Program-made: the position numbers and the translations under genes | Origin: Gammaproteobacteria bacterium | Lineage (GTDB): Bacteria; Pseudomonadota; Gammaproteobacteria; Eutrophobiales; Eutrophobiaceae | Reading direction: 5' to 3' | Assembly: GCA_965202685.1 (NCBI GenBank) | Contig: OZ241853.1 | Span: 2,852,616 to 2,916,615 of the forward strand | DNA length: 64,000 bases | The notes under the pieces: model-generated | Seen by the model: only the letters and a program-made list of their open reading frames with translations | Told to the model about the DNA's origin: nothing | Database searches by the model: none | Part shown: in pieces, positions 40,643-51,530 of the stretch | Layout: every line of letters begins with the position of its first letter | How positions within the stretch are numbered: position 1 is the first letter of the stretch

Positions 40643-41395
40643 GTGGCTCCCCTGAAACTTGGCGTCAATGTTGACCATGTGGCGACCCTGCGGCAGGCGC
40701 GGCTGACCCCGTATCCCGAGCCGGCGCGGGCCGCCTCGATAGCCCTGGAGTCCGGGGCCGATTCCATCACGGTGCACCTGCGGGAAGACCGCCGGCACAT
40801 TCAGGAGCATGATGTGGAGGCCATGAAGGCGGTTCTGGACGCGCCTTTGAACCTGGAGATGGCGATGACAGAGGGGATGTTGGCGTTCGCCTCCCGTCTG
40901 CGTCCGGATTATTGCTGTTTAGTCCCGGAACGCCGGGAAGAGCTGACCACCGAAGGCGGATTGGAAGTGGCGGGGCAGATTGAGAGGGTGGGGGAGGCCT
41001 GCGCCCGGCTTAAGGCCAGCGGCGCGCGGGTGTCGCTGTTCATCGCCGCGGATCCAGAACAGATCGACGCGGCGGCGAGGGCCGGCGCGGACATGGTGGA
41101 GATCCACACGGGGCATTACGCGGATTGCGCCGACCCCGCGGCGAGGCTGGCGGAACTGAACAAGATAAAACATGCCGTCGCCCATGCGACAGGGACGGCG
41201 TTGCAGATCAACGCCGGGCATGGCCTGTGCTACGAAAATGTCAAGCCCGTCGCCGCCTTGCCGCCGGTCGCCGAGTTGAACATAGGCCACGCCATCATCG
41301 CCAGGGCCCTGTTCACTGGCATGGCCCAGGCTGTCAGGGAGATGAGAACCCTCATGGACGCGGCCCGGGGGCTTCCGCCGCGGCAACAGGGGTAG
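40643..41395 (+). CDS. pdxJ: Pyridoxine 5'-phosphate synthase
   Basis: LGVNVDHVATLRQAR, HLREDRRHI, NAGHGL, ELNIGH. Confidence 0.97.
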   Translation: MAPLKLGVNVDHVATLRQARLTPYPEPARAASIALESGADSITVHLREDRRHIQEHDVEAMKAVLDAPLNLEMAMTEGMLAFASRLRPDYCCLVPERREELTTEGGLEVAGQIERVGEACARLKASGARVSLFIAADPEQIDAAARAGADMVEIHTGHYADCADPAARLAELNKIKHAVAHATGTALQINAGHGLCYENVKPVAALPPVAELNIGHAIIARALFTGMAQAVREMRTLMDAARGLPPRQQG

Positions 41396-41426
41396 CCGCC
41401 TCCCTCAGGGCCGCCCCGCGGCAGGG

Positions 41427-43484
41427 TTACGGGGTCTCAGCCGGCGCGGGGTTCGGGGGCTTGCGCTCCTCGGCGGCGTAGTCAGCCCGGGGTTCCGCCA
41501 CGGCTTGGGAGGGCGTTGCAGGCTTCCTTTCCTCCGCCTCCGTTGAGCCTTTCTCGCGTTCATCCCGCCCGCTGCCGCGCCATCCCCGCGCCGAGGATGA
41601 CCTGTTGCCGCCGCGCTGTTCCCGCCCCTGGCGGCGCCTGTTGTTGTCGCCTGAGCCGTTCCGGCGCGTCCGGCGCTGTTGCTGTTGCCGTTCGGAAGCA
41701 ACGCCGCCTGGACGCCGCCCGCGACCGCGGCCGCCCCGGGGAGAGCGGGGGCGGTAGGGTTCTTCGGCGGCGGCGGTCTTCTGCTTTTCCTCAGCGTCCG
41801 CCACCCCGAACAGGTTGCCGAACAAGCGGGCGATTAGGCCCTTGCCCGGCTTGGCTGTCGCCCTGGGCACGGGTTTGTCCGGCATCACCTGGGTCAAGAC
41901 TGGCACTTCTGGGCTTTTCGGCTCGCCGCGGGTCACATCGGGATGGACTTCCGGCGGGGGGTCGGCGAATTTGTAGCTCTCCTTCTGCGCCGGGGCGCTT
42001 CCGGATTCAGACACATTGATCCTCTGCACCTGGTAGTGCGGCGTCTCCATGGCCGGGTTGGGGCTGATGATGACTTCCACATCCAGCCGGTCTTCTATCT
42101 CGTGCAAGGACTGCCGCTTTTCATTCAGCAGAAAAGTGGCGGCCTCCACCGGCAACTGGGCGACCACCTTGGCGGTCAGCTCTTTCATGGCCTCTTCCTG
42201 GATGATCCGCAACACCGCCAAGGACAGGGACTTGACCCCCCGGATGGTTCCCTGGCCGTCGCAACGGGGGCAGGGTATGTGGCTCGATTCCCCCAGGGAG
42301 GGCCGTAGCCGTTGCCGGGACATCTCCAGCAGACCGAAGCGCGAGAGCCGCCCGGTCTGCACCCGGGCGCGGTCAACCCGCAGGCCCTCCCGCAACCGGT
42401 TTTCCACCTCCCGCTGGTTTCTGCCGCTGGCCATGTCGATGAAATCGATGACGAACAGCCCCCCCAGGTCCCGCAGGCGCAACTGCCGGGCGATTTCATC
42501 GGCGGCCTCCAGGTTGGTGTTGAAGGCCGTCTCCTCGATGTCTTCGCCCTTGGTGGCCTTGGCCGAGTTAATGTCTATGGAGGTCAGGGCCTCCGCGTGG
42601 TCGATGATCAGCACCCCCCCGGAAGGAAGTTGCACCTCCCGGGCAAAGGCCGTCTCTATCTGGCCTTCGATCTGGTAGCGGTTGAAGAGCGGGTCGTTCT
42701 CCGAGTAGAGATTCAGCTTGGGCAGGTTGTGGGGCATGACCTGCTCCATGATGTCCCGCGCCCGATGAAACAACTCGTTGTCGTCTATCCAGATCTCCGC
42801 GATGTCGTTGCGCAGGTAGTCCCGGATCGCCCGAATGATGACTTCGCTTTCCTGGTAGATCAGGAGCGGAGCGGTTTTTTCCTTGGCCGCCGACTGGATG
42901 GCGCTCCACAACATCTGCAGGTAATCCAGGTCCCATTGCAGTTCCTCGGGGCTCTTGCCGACGCCGGCGGTGCGGATGATCAAGCCCATGCCCTGGGGGA
43001 TTTCCAGGGCGCTCATGGCCTCCCGCGCCTCGGCGCGGTTGCTGCCTTCGATTTGCCGGGACACGCCGCCGGCCCTGGGGTTGTTGGGCATCAGCACCAG
43101 GTAGCGTCCCGCAAGGCTGATGAAGGTGGTCAGGGCCGCGCCTTTGTTGCCCCGTTCCTCTTTTTCCACCTGGACGATGTATTCCTGCCCCACCTCCAGT
43201 TCCTCCTTGATGTTGACGCGGCCGCGGCCGTCGCCGCTCTTGGGGGTTTTGAACAGGGAGCGGGCTATTTCCTTGAAGGGAAGAAACCCGTGCCGCTCGG
43301 CGCCGAAATCGACAAAGGCCGCCTCCAGGCTGGGTTCAATCCTGACCACGCGGCACTTGTAGATGTTCGCTTTCTTCTGCTCCCGTCCTTTTGCTTCAAT
43401 ATCCAGGTCGTACAAACGCTGGCCATCAACCAGCGCCACCCTCAACTCTTCAGGTTGAGTGGCGTTTATCAACATTCTCTTCAT
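41427..43484 (-). CDS. rne: Ribonuclease E (short C-terminal scaffold)
   Basis: [36 protein letters not shown], membrane-targeting helix [12 protein letters not shown], Arg-rich region. Confidence 0.96.
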   Translation of the reverse strand: MKRMLINATQPEELRVALVDGQRLYDLDIEAKGREQKKANIYKCRVVRIEPSLEAAFVDFGAERHGFLPFKEIARSLFKTPKSGDGRGRVNIKEELEVGQEYIVQVEKEERGNKGAALTTFISLAGRYLVLMPNNPRAGGVSRQIEGSNRAEAREAMSALEIPQGMGLIIRTAGVGKSPEELQWDLDYLQMLWSAIQSAAKEKTAPLLIYQESEVIIRAIRDYLRNDIAEIWIDDNELFHRARDIMEQVMPHNLPKLNLYSENDPLFNRYQIEGQIETAFAREVQLPSGGVLIIDHAEALTSIDINSAKATKGEDIEETAFNTNLEAADEIARQLRLRDLGGLFVIDFIDMASGRNQREVENRLREGLRVDRARVQTGRLSRFGLLEMSRQRLRPSLGESSHIPCPRCDGQGTIRGVKSLSLAVLRIIQEEAMKELTAKVVAQLPVEAATFLLNEKRQSLHEIEDRLDVEVIISPNPAMETPHYQVQRINVSESGSAPAQKESYKFADPPPEVHPDVTRGEPKSPEVPVLTQVMPDKPVPRATAKPGKGLIARLFGNLFGVADAEEKQKTAAAEEPYRPRSPRGGRGRGRRPGGVASERQQQQRRTRRNGSGDNNRRRQGREQRGGNRSSSARGWRGSGRDEREKGSTEAEERKPATPSQAVAEPRADYAAEERKPPNPAPAETP

Positions 43485-43949
43485 TGTTAAGATCCTGTGT
43501 CTATGGCTCAACCATCAGAAACCCGGCGCGCGGCGTTCGCCGACGCGCCGAGGCTCTGTGGGAGCCGCGTTAGTTTCGCGCCTTGTCGCAATTCCGCAAC
43601 AAGGTCTTCCCGCGTCGGTTCCGCTTTTGCGGAGCAGTCGCGGGGCGTCAATAATCTCATCCTGAGCCAATGCGTTTTTCCCGCCAGTTCGGGGCGAGCG
43701 AGGCCGCCAAGGGGCGGGAATCCGGCCAACCTGCCCCTCCTTGGGCGGTCTAAGCTTGTAAAACAGGGCGACTGCGCCATTTTCCGCCTTCGCAGGCCCT
43801 TGCGAACGCGCCGCCAAATCGTCGTGCGGCGCCACTATAACAACTTTGCCGGCTTGTGGCAAGGGAATTCTCCAACCGAGCCGCAACTCTGAGGATTAGA
43901 CCCCTTGCCGGGGCGGAAGTTCCTGTTTTTAAAGGGGCGGGGCCGAAAT

Positions 43950-43985
43950 TTGACGCCTCCGTGAGAGGGCGTTAAAATAGCGAAC
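43950..43985 (+). promoter_or_regulatory. sigma70 promoter of the S49 peptidase gene
   Basis: TTGACG-17-TAAAAT, 7 nt before ATG 43986. Confidence 0.7.
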
Positions 43986-44963
43986 ATGAGCGATTCAGAG
44001 GGCAATCAGGCCAACGCGCAGTTTGACCAGGCCTTGGTGAACCGGCTGGCCCGGGAGTTTTTGGCGGAACAACGCCGCGCCCGGCGTTGGAACCTGGTTT
44101 TCAGGCTGTTCATCATGGCGTTTTTAACCACCTTGTTGTTCATTTATTTATCCAAGGACGACCTGCCGTCGGTCACCGTGGGCGACGGCCGGCACACCGC
44201 CCTCATCGATGTGCAGGGAATCATCCTCAGCGGCGGCCAGAGTGGGGGCCTCGACTATGTCTCGGCGGACTATGTGGCGGAGGGCCTGCGGGCCGCCTAC
44301 GCGGACGAGGGAACCGCCGGCATCGTCATCCGCATCGACAGCCCTGGGGGCAGCGCGGTGCAAGCCGGTCGCATCAATGACGAGATCAACCGCTTAAAGG
44401 GCGAACGCCCGGACCTCCCCGTCTATGCGGTGATTGGCGATCTGTGCGCCTCCGGCGGCTATTACATCGCGGTGGCGGCGGACAAGATCTACGCCGACAA
44501 GGCCAGCATAGTAGGTTCCATAGGGGTCATTTCCTCCGGTTTCGGCTTTGTGGACGCCCTCGACAAGCTGGGGGTGGAGCGGCGGGTGCGCCATGCCGGC
44601 GAAAGCAAGGCTTTCCTGGATCCCTTCGCGCCGGAGCGGGAAGACGAGCTCAAGCACCTGGATGGCCTGTTGGACAGCATCTACCAGCAATTCGTGGAGA
44701 CCGTGAAGACGGGACGGGGAGACCGCCTGGCTGACGATGAGCGGATCTTCTCCGGGCTGGTGTGGACCGGGGAGCAATCCGTTGAACTGGGCTTGGTGGA
44801 CGAGCTGGGCGGCGTCGGCTATGTGGCCCGGGAGGTGATCGGCGCCGCGGCGGTGGTTGACTTCACGCAACGGGATTCCTGGCTAGACGAGTTCTTCGGG
44901 AACTGGGGGGCCTTAGCCTCAGGGAACATGAAGAATAAGCTTAGATATTTGCAGTATTTATAA
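43986..44963 (+). CDS. sppA: S49 family peptidase SppA
   Basis: IDSPGGS, CASGGYYIA, SIVGSIGV, LGLVDELG. Confidence 0.9.
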   Translation: MSDSEGNQANAQFDQALVNRLAREFLAEQRRARRWNLVFRLFIMAFLTTLLFIYLSKDDLPSVTVGDGRHTALIDVQGIILSGGQSGGLDYVSADYVAEGLRAAYADEGTAGIVIRIDSPGGSAVQAGRINDEINRLKGERPDLPVYAVIGDLCASGGYYIAVAADKIYADKASIVGSIGVISSGFGFVDALDKLGVERRVRHAGESKAFLDPFAPEREDELKHLDGLLDSIYQQFVETVKTGRGDRLADDERIFSGLVWTGEQSVELGLVDELGGVGYVAREVIGAAAVVDFTQRDSWLDEFFGNWGALASGNMKNKLRYLQYL

Positions 44964-44980
44964 GTAGTTGCAATAATAAT

Positions 44981-45568
44981 TTAAGGTATTGTGTAACCTT
45001 CGTTTCGCAACATTTTTTGCAAGGAGATCAAGGGCAACCCCAACAGGGCCGTGTCGTCGTAGCCGCTGATCCGCTCCACCAGGGTGATGCCGCCAGCCTC
45101 CGCCTTGAAACTGCCGGCGCACTGATAAGGCGCGTCCAGGTCCAGGTAACGCTCAATTTCCGCGTCTGTCAGGGTCCGGAAGGCCACCTCAACGCTCACC
45201 GTGTCCTGTTGCTGCCGCCCCGCGCCGCTGTTGAACAGGCACAGACAGGTCAAAAACCGCGCCACCCGGCCTGACGCCAAGCGGAGTTGTCGGCGCGCGC
45301 GCTCGCGGTTGCCTGGCTTGCTCATGACGCGATCGGCGATGACCGCCACCTCGTCGGCGCCGATGATCAGGGCGTTCGGATGTTCCTGGGCCACGGTGAG
45401 GGCCTTTTCCCGCGCCAACCTCTCCACCAGAGCCTGGGGGGACTCGCCCTCCCGCTGGCTCTCGTCTATGTTTGGCGCGTGGCAACGGAAGGGCAACCGA
45501 AGCCGCTCCAGCAACAGGCGGCGGTAGGGCGACGAGGAGGCTAAAATGAGCGCCGGCGCGTCATTCAT
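44981..45568 (-). CDS. Maf family nucleoside triphosphate pyrophosphatase (YceF-like)
   Basis: LILASSSPYRRLLL, IIGADEV, KPG, CAGSFKAE, LLGLPL. Confidence 0.93.
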   Translation of the reverse strand: MNDAPALILASSSPYRRLLLERLRLPFRCHAPNIDESQREGESPQALVERLAREKALTVAQEHPNALIIGADEVAVIADRVMSKPGNRERARRQLRLASGRVARFLTCLCLFNSGAGRQQQDTVSVEVAFRTLTDAEIERYLDLDAPYQCAGSFKAEAGGITLVERISGYDDTALLGLPLISLQKMLRNEGYTIP

Positions 45569-45714
45569 GCCGGGCAAAGCAAGCCAGCCGACTTTCCGGG
45601 CTTCATGTCCCCAGCCTACTACTTTGAGGCCCGTCGCGCCACCGCTTTGCCGCCTGGTCCGCCGGGGCGCCCTCGGGCCAGCCCCCCGGCCGCCCGCCGG
45701 GACTAGGCGGAATT

Positions 45715-45743
45715 TTGACAGACGCGCCGATGGCGGCTAAACT
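45715..45743 (+). promoter_or_regulatory. sigma70 promoter of yceD-rpmF
   Basis: TTGACA-17-TAAACT. Confidence 0.7.
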
Positions 45744-45753
45744 TGCGCCCCTG

Positions 45754-46287
45754 ATGGCCCCAGCGTTGCCCCGATTGATCGCGCCCGCCCGTCTTGCCGA
45801 GGCGCGGAGCCGGTTGGAAGGGAGACTGCCGTTGCGCGACATGACCCGGTTGCGCGAAGTGTTGGGGGACGCCAGCGGCGAGGTGAGCCTGAGGCTGGCT
45901 TTTGACCGGGACGAGCAAGGCTTTGCCCGCGTGATCGGCGGTTACGAGGCGGAACTGGAGCTGGTTTGCCAGCGTTGCCTGGGGGCCTTTGCCGTGAAAC
46001 AGGCTTGTGAGATCCGCGTTGGCGTGGTTTTCGACAGCGCGGAGATAAATGAACTGCCAGGGGCCCTGGAGCCCCTGTTGCTTGAACAGGAAACCATCGC
46101 GTTGTCAGAATTTATTGAAGACGAGATCCTGTTAGGGTTGCCTATCGCGCCCCTGCATCCGCCGGCGGCTTGCGCTGTCGCCGTGGCGGATGGCGACCCC
46201 GTCCTGGACAGAGAAAACCCGTTTCACGCGCTGCAGGCCTTGCGGGACAAATCGCCAGGCCGGCGGCGGGGCGGAAACCAACGCTAA
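45754..46287 (+). CDS. yceD: YceD/DUF177 family protein
   Basis: CQRCL, EDEILLGLPIAPLH, NPFHAL; upstream of rpmF. Confidence 0.92.
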   Translation: MAPALPRLIAPARLAEARSRLEGRLPLRDMTRLREVLGDASGEVSLRLAFDRDEQGFARVIGGYEAELELVCQRCLGAFAVKQACEIRVGVVFDSAEINELPGALEPLLLEQETIALSEFIEDEILLGLPIAPLHPPAACAVAVADGDPVLDRENPFHALQALRDKSPGRRRGGNQR

Positions 46288-46332
46288 GACCGCGAACAAT
46301 CACGAATCACACGACACTCAAGGGGATTGCCC

Positions 46333-46521
46333 ATGGCTGTGCAACAACGAAAGAAATCCAATTCAAGGCGCGACTCCCGGCGCGCGCACGACGCGCTGAA
46401 GCCGGCTTGTCTGTCGGTGGAGCCAACCACCGGGGAGACGCACCGGCGCCACCATGTCAGCCCCAGCGGCTATTACCGCGGGCAAAAGGTGGTCGACGCC
46501 GATGAAAACGCCGAAGAATAG
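46333..46521 (+). CDS. rpmF: 50S ribosomal protein L32 (Zn-free type)
   Basis: [20 protein letters not shown]...[17 protein letters not shown]. Confidence 0.97.
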   Translation: MAVQQRKKSNSRRDSRRAHDALKPACLSVEPTTGETHRRHHVSPSGYYRGQKVVDADENAEE

Positions 46522-46781
46522 CCTCGCCCCGCTTTATCTCGACGCGGGAGAAAAACCTGCCCGCCTTGGCCAAGGTGAACGAGATCCACACCCGCGGGGC
46601 GTGGCGGGCGATCACGGAGGTACGCGAGACTGGCGGGGCACTGATTGCCTACGCGGTACCACTGTCAAATCGCCAGTCCGAGGGACTGGACGATATGGTC
46701 AGCCGGAAACATCCCGAGCAGGCTAACTTGCTCGCCCTATAAGAGTTCACTATCAACCTGTAAAGCAAGAGAAGAGTCGCA

Positions 46782-47081
46782 ATGAAAAGAGCAGTAACGA
46801 TTGCACTAGCTGTGGCATTGGCCGGTTGCGCAACGCATAAAGAATACGTCGCTGTGGGCGGCAGTAAGGCTGATGGAAGGGTCACCATGGCCTATGACTA
46901 CACTGTCTTTGAAGTCCCTGAGGTAGACGAGGCCGCCGGCCGCGCTGAGGCGTTGAGGCGTTGCCAAAATTGGGGGTATCAGGCCGTCGAAGGCTTTGCG
47001 CCCCAGACGGTTAAGATGGTTGATCCTTCTGGGTCGGAGTATTGGAGAGTCACCCGGGAGTACCAGTGCTTAGATGGCTAA
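46782..47081 (+). CDS. YecR-like lipoprotein
   Basis: Lipobox LAGC; GGSKADGRV...RCQNWGY..VEGF...YQC pattern. Confidence 0.8.
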   Translation: MKRAVTIALAVALAGCATHKEYVAVGGSKADGRVTMAYDYTVFEVPEVDEAAGRAEALRRCQNWGYQAVEGFAPQTVKMVDPSGSEYWRVTREYQCLDG

Positions 47082-47273
47082 CGCGCCATGAACGCCGACT
47101 TCAAATACTTGCTTGGGGCTCCTGACTATAATGCCAAGTCCGGTATCACCATGCCGGGGCGGTTATCTATATCGAGGACGCACGGCACTTTCAGCTCCCC
47201 GGATTTTCCCCCGCCCCGCCGCGCCGGCCGCGGCGTCCAGGGCCCGGCAGCGCCGTTCAAACCCTAAGCTGAA

Positions 47274-48287
47274 ATGGCTTACACCCTCGCCTTGGACGCC
47301 ATGGGGGGCGATCACGGCCCCCGGGAGATCATTCCCGCGGCGTTTCGCGCCCTGGAGCGCCATGAGGGGCTCCAGTTGCTCCTGGCGGGACGAGAAGACG
47401 CGCTGAAGGCCCTTTGCGCTCGAGAACCCGCCGCGCTTCGCGCCCGGACCCGGGTGCTTCACGCCCCGGAGGTGGTGGAGATGGGAGAAGCGCCTTCTGC
47501 GGCCCTGCGCCGGAAGAAGCAGTCGTCCATGCGCGTCGCCCTCAACCAGGTGAAAGAGGGCCGGGCCCAGGCCTGCGTCAGCGCGGGCAACACCGGCGCG
47601 CTGATGGCCATCTCTCGGTACCTGCTGAAAACGCTGCCGGGCATAGACCGGCCGGCGATCTGCTCCGCCCTGCCGGGGATTGAAGGGCACACCTACATAC
47701 TGGATCTAGGTGCCAATGTGGACTCCGCTCCCGAACAGCTGTTCCAGTTCGCCGTGATAGGCTCGGCGTTGAGCAACGCGGTGGAAGGCATAGCCGCCCC
47801 CAAGGTGGGATTGCTGAATGTGGGAGCCGAGGAAAACAAGGGCAACGACCGGGTGAAAAAAGCCGCTTCGCTACTGTCCGGCAGCCGTCTCAATTACTTA
47901 GGCTTCGTCGAGGGCAACGACATTTATTCGGGGCGGGTGGATGTCATCATCTGCGACGGGTTTGTCGGCAACATCGTGCTGAAGGCCAGCGAGGGGGTGG
48001 CGGAGTTTCTCACCCATCACGCCCGGGCCGAGTTCGGCAAAACCCTGTATGGAAAGCTGGCCGCCGCCATCTCCATGCCGGTGCTGAAAAGCCTGCAAAA
48101 ACAGACCGATCCCCGGCGCCACAACGGCGCCAGCCTGTTGGGTTTGCGCGGCATCGTCATCAAAAGCCACGGCAGCGCGGATCGGCTCTCCTTCGCCCAC
48201 GCCATTGAGGAGGCTGTCCGGGAAGTCAAACAGAATGTCCCGGAGCGCATCACCGCCCAGCTGGCCCAACACCTGGGAAAGCACTGA
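47274..48287 (+). CDS. plsX: Phosphate acyltransferase PlsX
   Basis: LDAMGGDHGP, SAGNTGA, DLGAN, DGFVGN, KSHG. Confidence 0.97.
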   Translation: MAYTLALDAMGGDHGPREIIPAAFRALERHEGLQLLLAGREDALKALCAREPAALRARTRVLHAPEVVEMGEAPSAALRRKKQSSMRVALNQVKEGRAQACVSAGNTGALMAISRYLLKTLPGIDRPAICSALPGIEGHTYILDLGANVDSAPEQLFQFAVIGSALSNAVEGIAAPKVGLLNVGAEENKGNDRVKKAASLLSGSRLNYLGFVEGNDIYSGRVDVIICDGFVGNIVLKASEGVAEFLTHHARAEFGKTLYGKLAAAISMPVLKSLQKQTDPRRHNGASLLGLRGIVIKSHGSADRLSFAHAIEEAVREVKQNVPERITAQLAQHLGKH

Positions 48288-48290
48288 GCC

Positions 48291-49247
48291 TTGCCGCACT
48301 CGCGCATCATTGGCTGTGGCGGCTACCTGCCGGAGCGGATCATGCCCAACGCCGAACTGGAGGGGCTGGTGGACACCTCGGACCAGTGGATTTACAGCCG
48401 CACGGGGATACGGCAACGCCATGTCGCTCGCGCCGATGAGACCACTTCCGAGATGGCGTGGAAGGCGGCGACCAGGGCCCTGGAGGCGGCGCAAGCGCCG
48501 GGGGACAGCCTGGATCTCGTCATTGTCGCCACTTCGACCCCCGATCTGATCTATCCCAGCGTCGCCTGCCTGTTGCAAAAAAAGCTCAATTTGCGCAATG
48601 GCGCGGCGGCCTTTGACATCCAGGCAGTGTGTTCCGGCTTTGTTTACGCCCTGAGCGTCGCCGACCAGTACCTCAGCAACGGCGCGGCGCGGCGGGCCCT
48701 GGTGGTCGGCGCGGACATGAATTCCCGCATCCTGGACTGGAAAGACCGCAGCACCTGTGTGCTGTTCGGGGACGGCGCCGGCGCCGTGGTCCTGGAGCAA
48801 GGAGACGCGCCGGGCGTCTATCACACGCTAATCCACGCCGACGGCGCTTACAGCGACTGCCTGCAAGTGCCTTCGGGGGTGTCCAGGCCCACCGCCGATC
48901 CCTTTATCCGCATGCAGGGCGGCGAGGTGTTCAAGTTCGCGGTCAAGGTCATGGCGCAGATGGTGGATGAGATCCTGGCCGCCACCGGACTGGCGCGGGA
49001 CGACATAGACTGGTTGGTGCCGCACCAGGCGAATCGACGGATCATCGAGGCGACGGCGCGGCAATTGGGGCTGGACATGGAGCGGGTGATAATGACCGTG
49101 GCGGAACACGGCAACACCTCGGCGGCCTCCATTCCTCTGGCCCTGGACGCGGGCCTGCGGGACGGCCGCATCCAGCAGGGCGATCTGGTGTTGTTGGAGG
49201 CCGTCGGCGGCGGGTTCACCTGGGGGGCGGCCCTGGCGCGGCTCTGA
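48291..49247 (+). CDS. fabH: 3-oxoacyl-ACP synthase III
   Basis: AVCSGF, FGDGAGA, HQAN, GNTSAAS. Confidence 0.97.
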   Translation: MPHSRIIGCGGYLPERIMPNAELEGLVDTSDQWIYSRTGIRQRHVARADETTSEMAWKAATRALEAAQAPGDSLDLVIVATSTPDLIYPSVACLLQKKLNLRNGAAAFDIQAVCSGFVYALSVADQYLSNGAARRALVVGADMNSRILDWKDRSTCVLFGDGAGAVVLEQGDAPGVYHTLIHADGAYSDCLQVPSGVSRPTADPFIRMQGGEVFKFAVKVMAQMVDEILAATGLARDDIDWLVPHQANRRIIEATARQLGLDMERVIMTVAEHGNTSAASIPLALDAGLRDGRIQQGDLVLLEAVGGGFTWGAALARL

Positions 49248-49282
49248 CGTCGCGTCCCGCGCCGCGCAAGCAAAACAACGAC

Positions 49283-50221
49283 ATGAGCGACCATCTGGCG
49301 TGCGTGTTTCCGGGGCAGGGCTCCCAGTCTGTGGGGATGTTGGCGGACTTGGCGGAGCGGTTTCCGGCGGTGGAGGAGACCTTTGTGGAGGCCTCCGAGG
49401 GCCTGGGCTTCCAGCTCTGGCCCTTGTGCCTTGAGGGCCCGGAGGCGACTTTGAACCAGACGGAAAACACCCAGCCGGCCCTGTTGACGGCGGGGGTGGC
49501 CGTGTGGCGGGTCTGGGAGCAACAGGGGGGAGCGAAGCCGGCCCTGTTGGCCGGCCACAGCTTGGGCGAGTACACGGCCTTGGTCTGCGCCGGCGCGTTG
49601 GCGTTGCCCGTGGCCGCTCAGCTGGTGGCGGCCCGGGGGCGTTTCATGCAGGACGCGGTGCCGGCGGGGGCCGGCGCCATGGCGGCCATCGCGGGCCTGG
49701 AGGATGAGCAAGCGGCGGCGATCTGCACCCAGGCGGCGCCGGAAGGGGGCGTCTGGCCCTCAAACTTCAACTGCCCCGGCCAGGTGGTCATTGCCGGCAA
49801 GTCGCCGGCCGTGGCCCGGGCCTTGGAGCTGGCCCAGGAAGCCGGCGCGCGGCGGACGGCCCGGTTGCCGGTGAGCGCGCCATCGCACTGCCCCTTGATG
49901 GCGCCGGCGGCGGAGCGCCTGGCGCGGCGCTTGGACACCATCCCCTTCGCGCCGGCGAGCATTCCCGTCGTCAGCAACGCGGACGCCCGGATCCGCGTCG
50001 ACCCGGAGGAGATAAAACAGGCCCTGATCGTCCAGCTAAGCCAGCCGGTGCAATGGGTTCAGTGCGTGCAGGCCTTGCGCCAGCAGGGCGTCGTCAAGAT
50101 CCTCGAGTGCGGCCCCGGCAAGGTGTTGAGCGGTTTGATCCGGCGCATAGACAAGACTGTGATCTGCGCCAGCGGGGCCACGGCGGATTCCTTGGGCGCG
50201 GCCCTGTCAACACTGGCATAA
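49283..50221 (+). CDS. fabD: Malonyl-CoA:ACP transacylase
   Basis: FPGQGSQ, GHSLGEY, SAPSH, GPGKVL. Confidence 0.97.
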   Translation: MSDHLACVFPGQGSQSVGMLADLAERFPAVEETFVEASEGLGFQLWPLCLEGPEATLNQTENTQPALLTAGVAVWRVWEQQGGAKPALLAGHSLGEYTALVCAGALALPVAAQLVAARGRFMQDAVPAGAGAMAAIAGLEDEQAAAICTQAAPEGGVWPSNFNCPGQVVIAGKSPAVARALELAQEAGARRTARLPVSAPSHCPLMAPAAERLARRLDTIPFAPASIPVVSNADARIRVDPEEIKQALIVQLSQPVQWVQCVQALRQQGVVKILECGPGKVLSGLIRRIDKTVICASGATADSLGAALSTLA

Positions 50222-50228
50222 TGCCGCC

Positions 50229-50978
50229 ATGGAGGCCCCTCTGAACGAGCAAATCGCCCTGGTCACCGGCGCCAGCCGGGGCCTGGGGCAGGCCATAGCT
50301 AGGCGCCTGGGGCAGGCTGGCGCCCGGGTTGTCGGCACGGCCACCACCACCGAGGGCGCCCGGCGGATCGGCGAGGATTTCGCCGCGGCGGGAGTGCGCG
50401 GCGAGGGCTTTGAGCTGGATGTGGGCGACGATGAATCCGTGGCGCGCTTGCAGGCGTTTCTGCAAGACAGCGATTGCCCGCCTTCGATCCTGGTGAACAA
50501 CGCCGGCATTGCGCGGGACAACTTGATGCTGAGAATGAAGCAACAGGAATGGGACGCGGTGATCAACACCAATTTAAGCGCGGTCTATCGCCTCAGCAAG
50601 GTGTGCCTGCGGGGCATGATCAAGGCCCGTCATGGGCGCATCGTCAACATCGGCTCCGTCGTGGCCCTGTCCGGCAATCCGGGGCAAGCCAACTACGCCG
50701 CCGCCAAGGCTGGCATGATCGGCTTCACCCGGGCCCTGGCCAAGGAGGTCGGCAGCCGCGGAGTCACAGTCAACTGCGTGGCCCCCGGCTTCATTCAAAC
50801 GGACATGACGGAGGCCCTGGGGGAAGAGCAGTGCCGGAAATTGCTGGAGCAGGTGCCCTTGGGCCGGTTCGGGCTGGCTGAGGAAGTGGCGGGGGTCGTC
50901 GAATTTGTGGTTTCCGCCGCCGCTGGCTACATCACCGGCGAGGTGATCAATGTCAATGGCGGCATGTATATGGCGTGA
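50229..50978 (+). CDS. fabG: 3-oxoacyl-ACP reductase
   Basis: TGASRGLG, NNAGI, YAAAK; position in the fab operon. Confidence 0.97.
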   Translation: MEAPLNEQIALVTGASRGLGQAIARRLGQAGARVVGTATTTEGARRIGEDFAAAGVRGEGFELDVGDDESVARLQAFLQDSDCPPSILVNNAGIARDNLMLRMKQQEWDAVINTNLSAVYRLSKVCLRGMIKARHGRIVNIGSVVALSGNPGQANYAAAKAGMIGFTRALAKEVGSRGVTVNCVAPGFIQTDMTEALGEEQCRKLLEQVPLGRFGLAEEVAGVVEFVVSAAAGYITGEVINVNGGMYMA

Positions 50979-51131
50979 AAGCGCATAGTTGACATTAAGT
51001 GTTTTCTGTAACGCAGTGTTTATTCTACTGTAAAAAAACACACTTAAATTGCTTGAAAAACTGGCGCATTTCACTAAAATTGCTTATCGCACTTTTTGGT
51101 TTTCGCACCATTGAGGGAGGTTATATCCATT

Positions 51132-51371
51132 ATGAGCAGCGTTGAAGAACGAGTTAAGAAAATCGTTGTTGAGGAGTTGGGCGTCAAAGATGAGGAGGTC
51201 ACCAGTGAAGCGTCTTTTGTCGATGATCTGGGGGCTGATTCCCTTGACACAGTCGAATTGGTCATGGCTTTGGAGCAGGAATTCAAGATTGAAATACCTG
51301 ATGAAGAAGCAGAAAAGATCACAACCGTTCAGCAAGCTATCGACTACATCGGACAGAACCTCGCCAAATAG
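51132..51371 (+). CDS. acpP: Acyl carrier protein
   Basis: [17 protein letters not shown]. Confidence 0.98.
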   Translation: MSSVEERVKKIVVEELGVKDEEVTSEASFVDDLGADSLDTVELVMALEQEFKIEIPDEEAEKITTVQQAIDYIGQNLAK

Positions 51372-51387
51372 CAATAGCCAATCCCAC

Positions 51388-51437
51388 AAGGCCGAATCGC
51401 CGGGGGCAACTCCCTGTTTGAAGATTCGGCCTTTTTT
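51388..51437 (+). terminator. Intrinsic terminator/attenuator between acpP and fabF
   Basis: AAGGCCGAATC...GATTCGGCCTT stem followed by a T-tract. Confidence 0.7.
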
Positions 51438-51530
51438 ATTGAATGATGGGGCTAAACCTGTGAGCAAAAGGCTAAGGGTGAGCGTTGACGCCGGAGCGGG
51501 GCGGCCACAGGCGGCCCGGGGCCGGCTCCC

